Origin: an uncultured Anaerolineales bacterium
GTDB taxonomy: Bacteria > Chloroflexota > Anaerolineae > Anaerolineales > UBA11858
Length of the DNA: 64,000 nucleotides
Assembly (NCBI GenBank): GCA_964582965.1
Contig: CAZOUN010000005.1
Coordinates: 1,376-65,375 of the forward strand
Direction: 5' to 3'
How positions within the stretch are numbered: the stretch's first letter is position 1; each line of letters opens with the position of its first letter. Below the pieces are notes generated by a model, which was not told the origin of the DNA, did not search any database, and worked only from the letters and a program-made list of their open reading frames with translations. Position numbers and translations under genes: made by a program. Below are positions 26,146-35,445 of this stretch, in pieces.

Positions 26146-27426
26146 GTGTCTATGTTGAGCAAAATGAGATCCATCTACCAGGAATATCCAAAAACCTTCT
26201 GGTTGATCATGCTGGGCATGTTCATTGATCAGCTCGGTGGAGCGTTGATCTTTCCCTTCTTTGGGCTTTACATTACCTCCAAATATGGGGTTGGGATGAC
26301 TGAAGTAGGTGTGATGTTTTCGATCCTGGCCGTATCCGGGCTGGTAGGTAGTCTGATGGGTGGTGCCCTAACTGATAAATTTGGCCGCAAGGTAATGATC
26401 CTTTTCGGTCTAGTGGTGAGCGCTGTCAGCACCTTGATGCTGGCTTTCGCACCCTCTTTGGATTTCATTTATCTGGCTGCTGTAATCGTCGGTTTGTTTG
26501 GCAATATGGCTGGCCCTGCCCATCAAGCCATGATCACAGATGTGCTCCCGGAGGACAAACGCATCGATGGATTTGGTATTCTGCGCGTGATTGCCAACCT
26601 GGCAGTGGCCATTGGTCCTGCTATTGGTGGATTCCTTGCAGCCCGCTCCTATACGATGCTCTTCATCATAGATGTCATCCTTAGCTCCATCACAGCTATC
26701 ATTATCCTCCTGTTTGTGCCCGAGACCAAACCTGAAAAAGCACCCAGCGCAGATGGACAACCTCATCAAGAGCAAAGCCTGAGAGAAACCCTGGCAGGCT
26801 ACTTCAAGGTTGCTAAAGACCGGGTCTTTATGGTTTACATACTGGCCTCGATCTTTATGGTGCTGGCTTATATGCAGATGAATATCACCCTGCCCGTTTT
26901 CTTAAGGGATGTACACGGATTGCCTGATTCAGGATACGGGCTGCTGTTGAGCATGAACGCCGCTATGGTGGTAATTTTCCAATTCTGGATTACTCGCCGA
27001 ATTAAGAAATTTGCTCCCATGAAGATCATGGCCTGGGGCATGGTGATCTATGCTGTTGGTTTCTCCATGTACGGTTTTGTGTCAACATTCTGGCTTTTTG
27101 CCGTCGCTATGGTCATTATCACCATCGCGGAGATGCTGGTCTCACCCACCGGGCAGGCTGTTGTCGCCAAGTTGTCCCCCGAAGACATGAGAGGCAGGTA
27201 TATGGCTGTTTTCGGATTCAGTTGGACCATACCCAACACTTTCGGTCCCTTACTGGCAGGCTTGGTGATGGATAACTACAACCCCAACTGGGTCTGGTAT
27301 GGCGCTGGCGTATTTATGCTCATTTCCTCGGCTATTTTTGCCGGCCTGCAAGCGAAATCCGCTAACCGGTTTGTTTTTACCGACAATGCCGAAAACTCCC
27401 CCGCCCTAGAATCAGTCACCCCCTGA
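26146..27426 (+). CDS. MFS transporter
   Basis: Twelve TM helices and an MFS loop 2-3 motif (LTDKFGRKVM). GTG 26146 lies 6 nt after AGGA. ATG 26152 is an alternative start. Confidence 0.85.
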   Translation: MSMLSKMRSIYQEYPKTFWLIMLGMFIDQLGGALIFPFFGLYITSKYGVGMTEVGVMFSILAVSGLVGSLMGGALTDKFGRKVMILFGLVVSAVSTLMLAFAPSLDFIYLAAVIVGLFGNMAGPAHQAMITDVLPEDKRIDGFGILRVIANLAVAIGPAIGGFLAARSYTMLFIIDVILSSITAIIILLFVPETKPEKAPSADGQPHQEQSLRETLAGYFKVAKDRVFMVYILASIFMVLAYMQMNITLPVFLRDVHGLPDSGYGLLLSMNAAMVVIFQFWITRRIKKFAPMKIMAWGMVIYAVGFSMYGFVSTFWLFAVAMVIITIAEMLVSPTGQAVVAKLSPEDMRGRYMAVFGFSWTIPNTFGPLLAGLVMDNYNPNWVWYGAGVFMLISSAIFAGLQAKSANRFVFTDNAENSPALESVTP

Positions 27427-27430
27427 ACCG

Positions 27431-27459
27431 TTGACCTGCCCGTACCTTTATGGCATAAT
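27431..27459 (+). promoter_or_regulatory. Sigma-70-type promoter of the ileS leader
   Basis: TTGACC (27431-27436), 17-nt spacer ending in TGg, CATAAT (27454-27459). Confidence 0.55.
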
Positions 27460-27465
27460 CACCCC

Positions 27466-27772
27466 ATCATATAGACAAAGGCTAGGATGAAAACGAGTAA
27501 GGCTGGAATTTACTGACAGCGAACCCGGAAGTGGTGGAAGCCGGGCCAGAAAACCAGCTTGAAAATCCTTTCGGAGCCGTGACCTGAACGCCGTAGGCTA
27601 ATAAGGGATCCGATTCACCCCCGTTACCAGGGTGCGAGGCTAAACAATGAATGTGTTTAGATAAATTGTGAGCTCTCGCTGAGAGCCCGCTGCTTTAGCG
27701 GGAATCCGGGTGGTACCGCGTGAGTTTTTCACTCTCGTCCCGACAGGGATGGGAGTTTTTTTATTTCTGGAG
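27466..27772 (+). promoter_or_regulatory. T-box riboswitch leader (tRNA-sensing) controlling ileS, with a terminator hairpin
   Basis: Stem I base GAUGAAAACGAGUA (K-turn/AGUA-like), an AGCGA bulge and a GUGGUGGAA distal loop. Stem III is cccgc-tgcttta-gcggg. The canonical T-box sequence AATCCGGGTGGTACCGCG lies at 27703-27720. A 10-bp terminator stem ctctcgtccc/gggatgggag is followed by TTTTTTTATTT (27731-27772). Confidence 0.85.
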
Positions 27773-27777
27773 GCAGG

Positions 27778-30700
27778 ATGGCTATCAAAAAAGCGCCAAA
27801 TGAAGTTGATTTTATAAAACAGGAACATCAAACCCTCAAATTCTGGGAGGATACAAACGCCTTTCAGACCCAACGCGATCTGCACAAAGGCCAACCTCCC
27901 TGGTCGTTTATCGATGGACCCATCACTGCCAATAACCCCATGGGCGTGCATCACGGCTGGGGGCGAACTTATAAAGACCTCTTCAACCGCTTCTGGACCA
28001 TGAAGGGGCGTGAACTTCGCTACCAGAACGGCTTTGACTGCCAGGGATTATGGGTTGAGGTTGAAGTCGAAAAAGAAAAAGGTTTTAAATCTAAAAAAGA
28101 TATTGAAAGCTACGGCCTTGCCAAATTTGTCCGGGAATGTAAAGCCCGAGTGCTGAAATATGCGGCCGTCCAAACCGAACAATCCATCCGCCTTGGATAC
28201 TGGATGGATTGGAACAATCCTGAAACCCTGCGAGAATTGGCTGAAAAACTGGTTGACGATCCCCTACAGGAAATAACAGTGCCCGGTCCAAAAGGACCTG
28301 TGACCGATACCGTGGAACAGATCGTTGGTCGTTTGGGTTTGGAGGAACTGGGCGGTTCGTATTTCACCTTCTCCAACGAAAACAACTACATGATCTGGAA
28401 ATTCCTCAAGAAATGCTGGGAGAATGGCTGGCTTTACCAGGGTGCAGATGTTATGCCCTGGTGCCCCCGCTGTGCCACTGCCATCAGCCAGCACGAAATC
28501 GTGACTGACGGCTATGCTGAACTAACTCACATCTCAGTCACATTACGCTTCCCCCTCCGGGACCACCCGGGGGAATCTCTCTTGATTTGGACCACAACTC
28601 CCTGGACGTTGACCAGCAATGTAGCAGCCGCAGTTGGCCCAGAGCTTACCTACCTCAAGGTTCAAATCTCACTCCCTGCACCCAACCAAGGTCAGGAACA
28701 TATTGTTTACCTGTCCAAGGGTACTATGAGTATGCTGCGCGGAGAGTATAAAGTACTGGGTGAAATCAAAGGTGCAGAGATGGAAGGATGGACCTTTGAT
28801 GGCCCATTTGACGATCTGCCTGCAGCCCAAATGAAAGGCGGCGTGACTGATATCAAGACACTCAGCGAGGGCATCACGCAAAGCGCATTAGAAGCCCACC
28901 AGGTCATCCTCTGGGATGAGGTCGGAGAAGAAGAAGGCACCGGTATAGTGCACATTGCTCCCGGCTGTGGTGCGGAGGATTTTCAGCTCTCCCTCGAAAC
29001 TCCACTGCCCAGACTTGCTCCCCTCACCGAAGAGGGATACTTCATTGAAGGTTTCGATTGGCTGACTGGTCAACACGTTTCCGATGTAGCCGAAGATATC
29101 TTCGCAGACCTGGAAAAGAAAGGGATTTTATATCATATCGAGCCTTATACTCACCGCTACCCCACCTGCTGGCGCTGTAAGACCGAATTGGTCTTCCGCC
29201 TGGTAGATGAATGGTTCATCAGCATGGGTGAAAGCTACGACAAACCCAGAGAAGAACTCACCCAAGAAGAAAAAGACGCCAGCCTACGATATCAGATCAT
29301 GGATGTGGTTGACCAGATCCGCTGGATCCCTGAATTCGGCCATGCCCGTGAGCTGGACTGGCTCAAAAACATGCATGACTGGATGATCTCGAAAAAACGC
29401 TACTGGGGTCTGGCCCTACCAATCTGGGTCTGCGAGGAATGCGACCATTTCCATGTTGTTGGTGACAACGAGGAATTGGAGGAACGTGCCATAGAAGGTT
29501 ATGAAACCCTTAAAGGCCATACTCCTCACCGTCCCTATATTGATGAAGTGGTTCTCGCTTGTGATAAATGCGGCAGCAGGATGACCCGGGTCCCTGATGT
29601 GGGAAATCCTTGGCTGGACGCAGGCATCGTTCCGTTCTCCACCCTGGACTATAGGGTTGACTCCGAGTTCTGGGAAAAATGGTATCCCGCTCACTGGATC
29701 AGTGAATCATTCCCCGGACAATTCCGGAACTGGTTCTACAGCCTTCTTGCCATGGGAACAGTATTGGATGGTTCACCGCCATTCCTGGAAAATTTCAGCT
29801 ACGCCAGCCTACAAGCTGAAGATGGAAGGGAAATGCATAAATCCTGGGGAAATTCTATCGAATTTAATGAAGCCGCAGACAAGATGGGGGTAGATGTTAT
29901 GCGCTGGTTGTACTGCGCTCACAAACCCGAAAATAATCTACTCTTTGGTTATGATCGGGCGGAGGAAACACGGCGTCGATTTATCATCCCCTTCTGGAAC
30001 GTGTATTCTTTCTTTACTACCTATGCCGAAATAGACGGCTGGGTTCCTGACATTAAGGATTTTGACGAGGATACGCCAGAAGGACCCACTCCTAAATCTA
30101 AGAACCCCCTGGATCGCTGGATACTGGGCCGATTGAACCAGACTGTTGAGCAAGTCAACAAGGAATTCGAAAACTCCAACGCCTACAACGCCATCCTTGT
30201 TTTTGAAACTATGTTGGACGACCTTAGCAACTGGTATGTGCGCCGTTCGCGGAGACGCTATTGGAAAACCGAAACCGATCAGGACAAGAGCACGGCTTAT
30301 GCCACACTCTGGCATGTATTGGTTAAAATGATCCGCACCCTGGCGCCAGTTATTCCTTTCCTGACAGAAGACATCTATCAGAATCTGGTCCGGTCTGTTT
30401 TTCCAGAAGCGAGAGATAGCGTCCATCACACTCTCTGGCCCGAAGCAGATACCACTGCCATTGATCAGAAGCTGATCGACCAAATGAAGCTGGCCCGGGA
30501 AACCGCCAGCCAGGGCTTAAGCGCCCGCAGCAATGCCGGCATCAAGGTCAGGCAACCGCTGTCCCAGGTGCTGGTCCATGTAAAGGAAGGCCGGGCAGAA
30601 TTGGATGAGGAATTGATCGAGATCGTCCGGGACGAACTGAATGTCAAAGACCTGGTTTTTGTCCAAGAGGCAGAATCTTTGTTAGGTTACAAGGTTCTTC

Positions 30701-31218
30701 CGAACAATAAGATCCTGGGGCCAAAATATGGTGCTGATTTTCCAAAAGTATCAGCTGCGCTTGCTAAACTGGATCCCAATCAGGTAGCCGCGCTGGCCAA
30801 CGACGGCAGCCCTGTTCCTGTCCAGGTCGGTGATAAAGAGATCTCGCTGGAAGCCAACGAGATCCTGGTGCAAACCGTGGCAGCAGAAGGCCTAGCCACC
30901 GTGGACAGCAAACTACTAACAGTTGCTATTGAAACTGAGATCACCGAAGAACTCCGCGAAGAAGGACTTGCCCGGGAAATGGTACGTCGCATCCAGGATT
31001 TCCGCAAACAGGCCGAATTTGAAATCTCGGACCGGATCAACCTTGTCTATCAGGCAACGACAGCCCTTCAGGTCGCAATCGCAAAACACCGTGATTACAT
31101 CATGCAAGAAACACTGACCCTAGAGATGAAAGAAGGTACTCCCACCAACAGCACCTTCAGCGGGACTGCCAGCTTTGAGGGCGAAGAGGTTACACTCGGA
31201 TTAGAAGTGGCGAAATAG
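27778..31218 (+). CDS. ileS: Isoleucine--tRNA ligase (long, type-2-like form)
   Basis: 1146-aa ORF with class-I aaRS architecture, a CP1 editing domain (TTTPWTL), Zn-binding CWRC/CEEC/CDKC clusters and an anticodon-binding domain. Preceded by GGAGG and the T-box leader. Confidence 0.95.
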   Translation: MAIKKAPNEVDFIKQEHQTLKFWEDTNAFQTQRDLHKGQPPWSFIDGPITANNPMGVHHGWGRTYKDLFNRFWTMKGRELRYQNGFDCQGLWVEVEVEKEKGFKSKKDIESYGLAKFVRECKARVLKYAAVQTEQSIRLGYWMDWNNPETLRELAEKLVDDPLQEITVPGPKGPVTDTVEQIVGRLGLEELGGSYFTFSNENNYMIWKFLKKCWENGWLYQGADVMPWCPRCATAISQHEIVTDGYAELTHISVTLRFPLRDHPGESLLIWTTTPWTLTSNVAAAVGPELTYLKVQISLPAPNQGQEHIVYLSKGTMSMLRGEYKVLGEIKGAEMEGWTFDGPFDDLPAAQMKGGVTDIKTLSEGITQSALEAHQVILWDEVGEEEGTGIVHIAPGCGAEDFQLSLETPLPRLAPLTEEGYFIEGFDWLTGQHVSDVAEDIFADLEKKGILYHIEPYTHRYPTCWRCKTELVFRLVDEWFISMGESYDKPREELTQEEKDASLRYQIMDVVDQIRWIPEFGHARELDWLKNMHDWMISKKRYWGLALPIWVCEECDHFHVVGDNEELEERAIEGYETLKGHTPHRPYIDEVVLACDKCGSRMTRVPDVGNPWLDAGIVPFSTLDYRVDSEFWEKWYPAHWISESFPGQFRNWFYSLLAMGTVLDGSPPFLENFSYASLQAEDGREMHKSWGNSIEFNEAADKMGVDVMRWLYCAHKPENNLLFGYDRAEETRRRFIIPFWNVYSFFTTYAEIDGWVPDIKDFDEDTPEGPTPKSKNPLDRWILGRLNQTVEQVNKEFENSNAYNAILVFETMLDDLSNWYVRRSRRRYWKTETDQDKSTAYATLWHVLVKMIRTLAPVIPFLTEDIYQNLVRSVFPEARDSVHHTLWPEADTTAIDQKLIDQMKLARETASQGLSARSNAGIKVRQPLSQVLVHVKEGRAELDEELIEIVRDELNVKDLVFVQEAESLLGYKVLPNNKILGPKYGADFPKVSAALAKLDPNQVAALANDGSPVPVQVGDKEISLEANEILVQTVAAEGLATVDSKLLTVAIETEITEELREEGLAREMVRRIQDFRKQAEFEISDRINLVYQATTALQVAIAKHRDYIMQETLTLEMKEGTPTNSTFSGTASFEGEEVTLGLEVAK

Positions 31219-31230
31219 CATCAACAACAA

Positions 31231-31267
31231 GGATACGGTTTCCTTCAGGAAATCGTATCCTGTTTTT
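31231..31267 (+). terminator. Intrinsic terminator after ileS
   Basis: ggatacggtttcc-ttca-ggaaatcgtatcc (13-bp stem with one G-U pair), followed by tgttttt. Confidence 0.8.
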
Positions 31268-31433
31268 AAGTTATAATAATCTCATGACCCTGAAAAGCAT
31301 ACTTACTCAGGACCTGTATTATTACCACCATTAGAAGCGCTGACCCGTTCAAACAGATCAGTGCTTCTCCACACGCCCTCCCAATCGGGGGCGTGTAATT
31401 ATGTAACGGCCAGTTAAGATTTGGGAGAAGCAG

Positions 31434-32660
31434 ATGGTTAAGAGAAAAATGTCCATAGACGAACAAGTAGCCTACTTGATGCAGGGAGCCGATTACGGTG
31501 ACGAGCAGGTAAAAAAGGCCATGGCCAACGAACTAAAAGAACGCCTGCTGGAAGCCGAAAAAGAAAACCGACCCTTGAAAGTCTACTGCGGCTATGATCC
31601 CACTGCCCCTGATCTGCACCTGGGGCATACTGTCACGATGCGCAAACTGAGCCAATTCCAGGAACTGGGACATGAAGTAACCTTCCTGATTGGCGATTTC
31701 ACAACACTGGTTGGGGATCCCTCAGATAAGGATAAATTGCGCCCACGGTTGAGTCCAGAAAAGGTGACCGAAAATGCCAATACATATGCGGAACAGGCTT
31801 TTAAGATCCTTGACCGCGACAAAACCATCATCAAACATAACGCTGATTGGCTTTCAAAACTCACATTTGAAGAAGTGGTCCACATTAGCTCCAACTTCAC
31901 GGTTCAGCAATTTCTGACCCGGGATAATTTTGCCAAGCGGTTCAACAATAATGACCCCGTTTACCTTCACGAATTCTTCTATGCCTGGATGCAGGGATAT
32001 GATGCCTATATGCTCGACGCGGATGTCCAGATAGGAGGGACCGACCAGCTCTTTAATATTGTTACCGCTGCCAGGAAACTGATGTCTGCATTGGGTAAAA
32101 AGCCCAATATTGGCATCACTATGTCAATCCTGCCCGGTACGGATGGTGAGGTCCGGATGAGCAAATCTCTGGGAAATGACATCCCCATTGCTGGTGACCC
32201 TAAAGATATGTACGGAAAACTGATGAGTATCCCCGATAAAGCCATGGGTGTATTCTGCCGTCTGGTCACGCGCTGGACGCCGGACGAGATCAATAATTTC
32301 GAAGCCGAATTCAGCAGCGGGAAGATCCATCCCAAAGACGCAAAGATGAAGCTGGCCCTGGAAATAGTCACCATTTACCACGGCCAACACGAAGCAGAAA
32401 AAGCTGAGGCTGAGTTCGTAAGAGTCTTTCAGGAGCAGGGTCAACCAGAAGAGATGGAAGAGTTCAAATTAGAAAGCGGCCAATCAATTCTTGATGTTCT
32501 CGTAGGAACCAAAATGGTTGAAAGCCGCAGCCAGGCCAGGCGTATGATCCAACAGGGTGCAGTAAAGCTGGATGATCAAAAATTGGAAGACCCCCACGCC
32601 GAATTCCCCAACGCTGGCGTACTGCAGGTCGGAAAAAGGCGCTTTATCAGAATTATCTAA
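31434..32660 (+). CDS. tyrS: Tyrosine--tRNA ligase (with C-terminal S4-like domain)
   Basis: HIGH-type motif PDLHLGH, KMSKS-type motif RMSKSLGN, C-terminal S4 fold (SRSQARRMIQQGAVKLD). A GGGAG SD lies 6 nt before the ATG. Confidence 0.92.
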   Translation: MVKRKMSIDEQVAYLMQGADYGDEQVKKAMANELKERLLEAEKENRPLKVYCGYDPTAPDLHLGHTVTMRKLSQFQELGHEVTFLIGDFTTLVGDPSDKDKLRPRLSPEKVTENANTYAEQAFKILDRDKTIIKHNADWLSKLTFEEVVHISSNFTVQQFLTRDNFAKRFNNNDPVYLHEFFYAWMQGYDAYMLDADVQIGGTDQLFNIVTAARKLMSALGKKPNIGITMSILPGTDGEVRMSKSLGNDIPIAGDPKDMYGKLMSIPDKAMGVFCRLVTRWTPDEINNFEAEFSSGKIHPKDAKMKLALEIVTIYHGQHEAEKAEAEFVRVFQEQGQPEEMEEFKLESGQSILDVLVGTKMVESRSQARRMIQQGAVKLDDQKLEDPHAEFPNAGVLQVGKRRFIRII

Positions 32661-32676
32661 TACACCGGCACACGCT

Positions 32677-33330
32677 ATGATGGCTTCCAAATCTTTTCGG
32701 ATGCTCGCCCTGGGTGACTCTTATACCATTGGTAGCAGCCTGCCGAAGGAAGATAGTTGGCCTTATCAATTAACCAGCCAACTCTGCCAGATCGGCATCA
32801 AGATCGCAAATCCTTTCATAATCGCCCAAAGTGGCTGGACCAGCCTGAATTTGATCGAAGCGCTAAACGCTAACCCACCCCAGGGTTCATTCGATCTTGT
32901 CTGTCTTCAGATCGGGGTCAATGATCAATACGAGAGAATTGAAGCGTCATTCTATGATGAGAATTTCAGGGATTTACTGGACCAGAGCATCGGCTTAGCT
33001 CGGAGAGGTCCGGATGGCGTCCTGGTGCTGTCCATCCCGGATTGGAGTGTCACACCCCATGCTGGAGAGTTTGATCGCAGTCAGGTCCGGGAAGAGCTAG
33101 GTCAATATAATGCTATCAACCTGGCAGCTGCCCTCTCCCGAGGGGTGAAATATGTAGACCTGACCTCGAATTCACGTTTCGCAAAACAGCACCCCGAGTT
33201 ATTAGCTGACGACGGCCTGCATCCCACCTGGGAAATGTATTGGAACTGGACCGGACTCATACAACCCACAGCCCTATCCATATTACGTTCTACCACGGAA
33301 AACTCGGATCATAACCCATCCGCAGACTAA
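32677..33330 (+). CDS. SGNH/GDSL-family hydrolase
   Basis: Block I LALGDSYT, block III GVND, block V DDGLHP. ATG 32677 is preferred because the longer frame overlaps the tyrS 3' end. Confidence 0.8.
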   Translation: MMASKSFRMLALGDSYTIGSSLPKEDSWPYQLTSQLCQIGIKIANPFIIAQSGWTSLNLIEALNANPPQGSFDLVCLQIGVNDQYERIEASFYDENFRDLLDQSIGLARRGPDGVLVLSIPDWSVTPHAGEFDRSQVREELGQYNAINLAAALSRGVKYVDLTSNSRFAKQHPELLADDGLHPTWEMYWNWTGLIQPTALSILRSTTENSDHNPSAD

Positions 33331-33403
33331 CTACCTGAGTGTTACGATGTATAATCGGACTGCTCAAAACCAGATATTCATTTTAAGAAAAAGGTAATCG
33401 GTT

Positions 33404-34117
33404 ATGCCCTTACATTTTGCTTACCTAGTATTAGAAGAACATCCATATGGCCGGGAGATGCTGCGAATCCTCCTCGAAAATGACCTGATCCCCAGCATGA
33501 TCATCCAGGAAGTGTCAGCTGTAGGTGATGAAGAGCGGGAAAAATTCCTGACCCGTATGGCTGGTCAGCCTTTGCCGCCTCGTTTGGCACAAATAATCTC
33601 TGGCAAGAAGATCCCGGTATATAGTGTATCGAACCATAACAACGATACTTGCAGGGATTTACTCAAGGTCGATAAACCTGACGTCCTTGTCTTGGGTGGA
33701 ACGCGCATTATCAAACCTAATATTCTTGAAATACCTTGTCAATCCACAGTCAATGCCCATCCAGGGTTACTTCCTTGGCTGCGCGGATCGGCGTCGGTAG
33801 GCTGGGCTTTATATAAGGACTTGGCTCAAGGTGCGACCGCTCACTTTGTAAATCCAGGGATCGATCTCGGAGACATTATTGTCTCTAGAGAACTCCCAGT
33901 TTTTCGCCATGATTCCTATGAAAGCATTAACTTTCGCATTGCCACACTAGCGGGTGAATTAATGGCAGAGGCTGTTACTTCCCTGCAAAACGGAAATGCG
34001 CCCCGCACACCTCAAGATCCAAATGTGGGTGAGACTTTTAAAGTCATCCCCGAAGATTTATTAGAGGAAGGAAAACAGCGGCTGGCGCAGGGTCAATATT
34101 CACATTTCGCCGATTGA
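33404..34117 (+). CDS. Formyltransferase-family protein (Formyl_trans_N fold)
   Basis: VLVLGGTRIIK ... VNAHPGLLPWLRGSAS ... IDLGDII reproduces the N/H/D catalytic arrangement of Fmt/PurN-like formyltransferases. Confidence 0.7.
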   Translation: MPLHFAYLVLEEHPYGREMLRILLENDLIPSMIIQEVSAVGDEEREKFLTRMAGQPLPPRLAQIISGKKIPVYSVSNHNNDTCRDLLKVDKPDVLVLGGTRIIKPNILEIPCQSTVNAHPGLLPWLRGSASVGWALYKDLAQGATAHFVNPGIDLGDIIVSRELPVFRHDSYESINFRIATLAGELMAEAVTSLQNGNAPRTPQDPNVGETFKVIPEDLLEEGKQRLAQGQYSHFAD

Positions 34118-34150
34118 TCAACACCATAACTTTTACTAGAGGGTATTCTT

Positions 34151-35437
34151 ATGAAAAAAACTACTGAAGGTATCTATGCCTCCCAACTCGACAATCAAGA
34201 TCCCCTGGCCAGTTTCCGGGAACGGTTCATAATTGATGATCCCGATCTGATCTATTTGGACGGTAATTCACTGGGAAGATTGCCTAAGGATACGATTCCT
34301 CATTTACAAGATCTGGTTGAAGAACAATGGGGCAAAGGTCTGATCGAGGGATGGAACAAAGGCTGGTTCGAAATGCCAACCAAATTAGGGGCCAAGATCG
34401 CTCAACTGATCGGGGCCAGGGATGACGAAGTAGTAGTATGTGACACAACCTCCGTCAACCTTTTTAAACTGGCTGCTGCTGCTCTACGGTACCAGGCTGG
34501 AAAAAAGGTGCTGGTCAGTGATGAATTCAACTTCCCCACCGACCTGTACATTTACCAGGGAGTGATCGACTTCTTAAACGGGGAACATCAACTGGAATTG
34601 ATCCGCTCGGAAGACTCCATTTCCATCACTGAAGAAAATATCAAAAATGCTATAACTGATGATACCGCATTGGTGGCTCTTACTCAGGTTGCATTTAAAA
34701 GCGCCTTCATGTATAACATCCAACAAGTTACAGAAATGGCTCACAAAAGAGGGGCTCTGGCTATGTGGGATCTTAGCCATTCTGTTGGCGCTGTTCCACT
34801 AAAACTGAATGAATGGAATGTAGATCTGGCCGTTGGCTGCACCTATAAATACCTCAACGGTGGTCCCGGATCTCCTGCTTTTTTGTACGTACGGAAAGAC
34901 CTGCAAAAAGAATTATTACCTCCCATTTGGGGTTGGTTTGCCGATAAAGCTCCTTTTGCCTTTAATCTTGACTTCACTCCATCTGATAGCATCACCCGCT
35001 TCCAGATCAGTACACCCCATATTCTCTCCATGGCCGGTATTGAACCCGCACTGGAAATTTTGATGGAGGCAGGTATTGACCGACTCAGGGAAAAGAGCAT
35101 TAAACAAACCGATTATTTGATCTATCTGGTGCTGGAATTATTAGGTCCGCTGGGATTTGAAGTAGGATCTCCTCTGGATTCCTCCCAGCGGGGTTCTCAT
35201 GTTTCACTCAGGCACCCGGAAGCGTATCGGATCTGTCGGGCGTTAATTGACCCCAAACCCGAAGACACCAGCCTGAAGGTCATTCCTGATTTTCGCGCTC
35301 CCAATAACATCCGCCTGGGCATTGCCCCTTTGTATACCAGTTTTACGGATATTCACCGAGCCCTTGAGCGTCTAAAAACCATCGCGGAGGATGGGATCTA
35401 TCAAAATTACTCCAAGGAACAACTGAAAGTCACCTAA
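34151..35437 (+). CDS. kynU: Kynureninase (PLP-dependent, aminotransferase class V fold)
   Basis: N-terminal FRERF ... IYLDGNSLGRLPK, WDLSHSVGAVP and the CTYKYLNGGPGSPA lysine block are typical of kynureninase. Confidence 0.85.
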   Translation: MKKTTEGIYASQLDNQDPLASFRERFIIDDPDLIYLDGNSLGRLPKDTIPHLQDLVEEQWGKGLIEGWNKGWFEMPTKLGAKIAQLIGARDDEVVVCDTTSVNLFKLAAAALRYQAGKKVLVSDEFNFPTDLYIYQGVIDFLNGEHQLELIRSEDSISITEENIKNAITDDTALVALTQVAFKSAFMYNIQQVTEMAHKRGALAMWDLSHSVGAVPLKLNEWNVDLAVGCTYKYLNGGPGSPAFLYVRKDLQKELLPPIWGWFADKAPFAFNLDFTPSDSITRFQISTPHILSMAGIEPALEILMEAGIDRLREKSIKQTDYLIYLVLELLGPLGFEVGSPLDSSQRGSHVSLRHPEAYRICRALIDPKPEDTSLKVIPDFRAPNNIRLGIAPLYTSFTDIHRALERLKTIAEDGIYQNYSKEQLKVT

Positions 35438-35445
35438 AGGATAAT

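Noticed and set aside
27640-27954. 104-aa minus-strand ORF.
   Set aside because: It covers the T-box core, the terminator and the ileS start, so the T-box and ileS explain the region.
29938-30483. 181-aa antisense ORF inside ileS. Similar antisense ORFs occur at 59116-59667, 25350-25796, 16608-16967 and 43715-44101.
   Set aside because: All lie fully within CDSs that carry clear family signatures on the opposite strand, and none has a recognisable domain or SD.
31268-31433. A second T-box upstream of tyrS.
   Set aside because: There is no GGTGGTACCGCG-like core, no terminator U-run, and the leader is too short.
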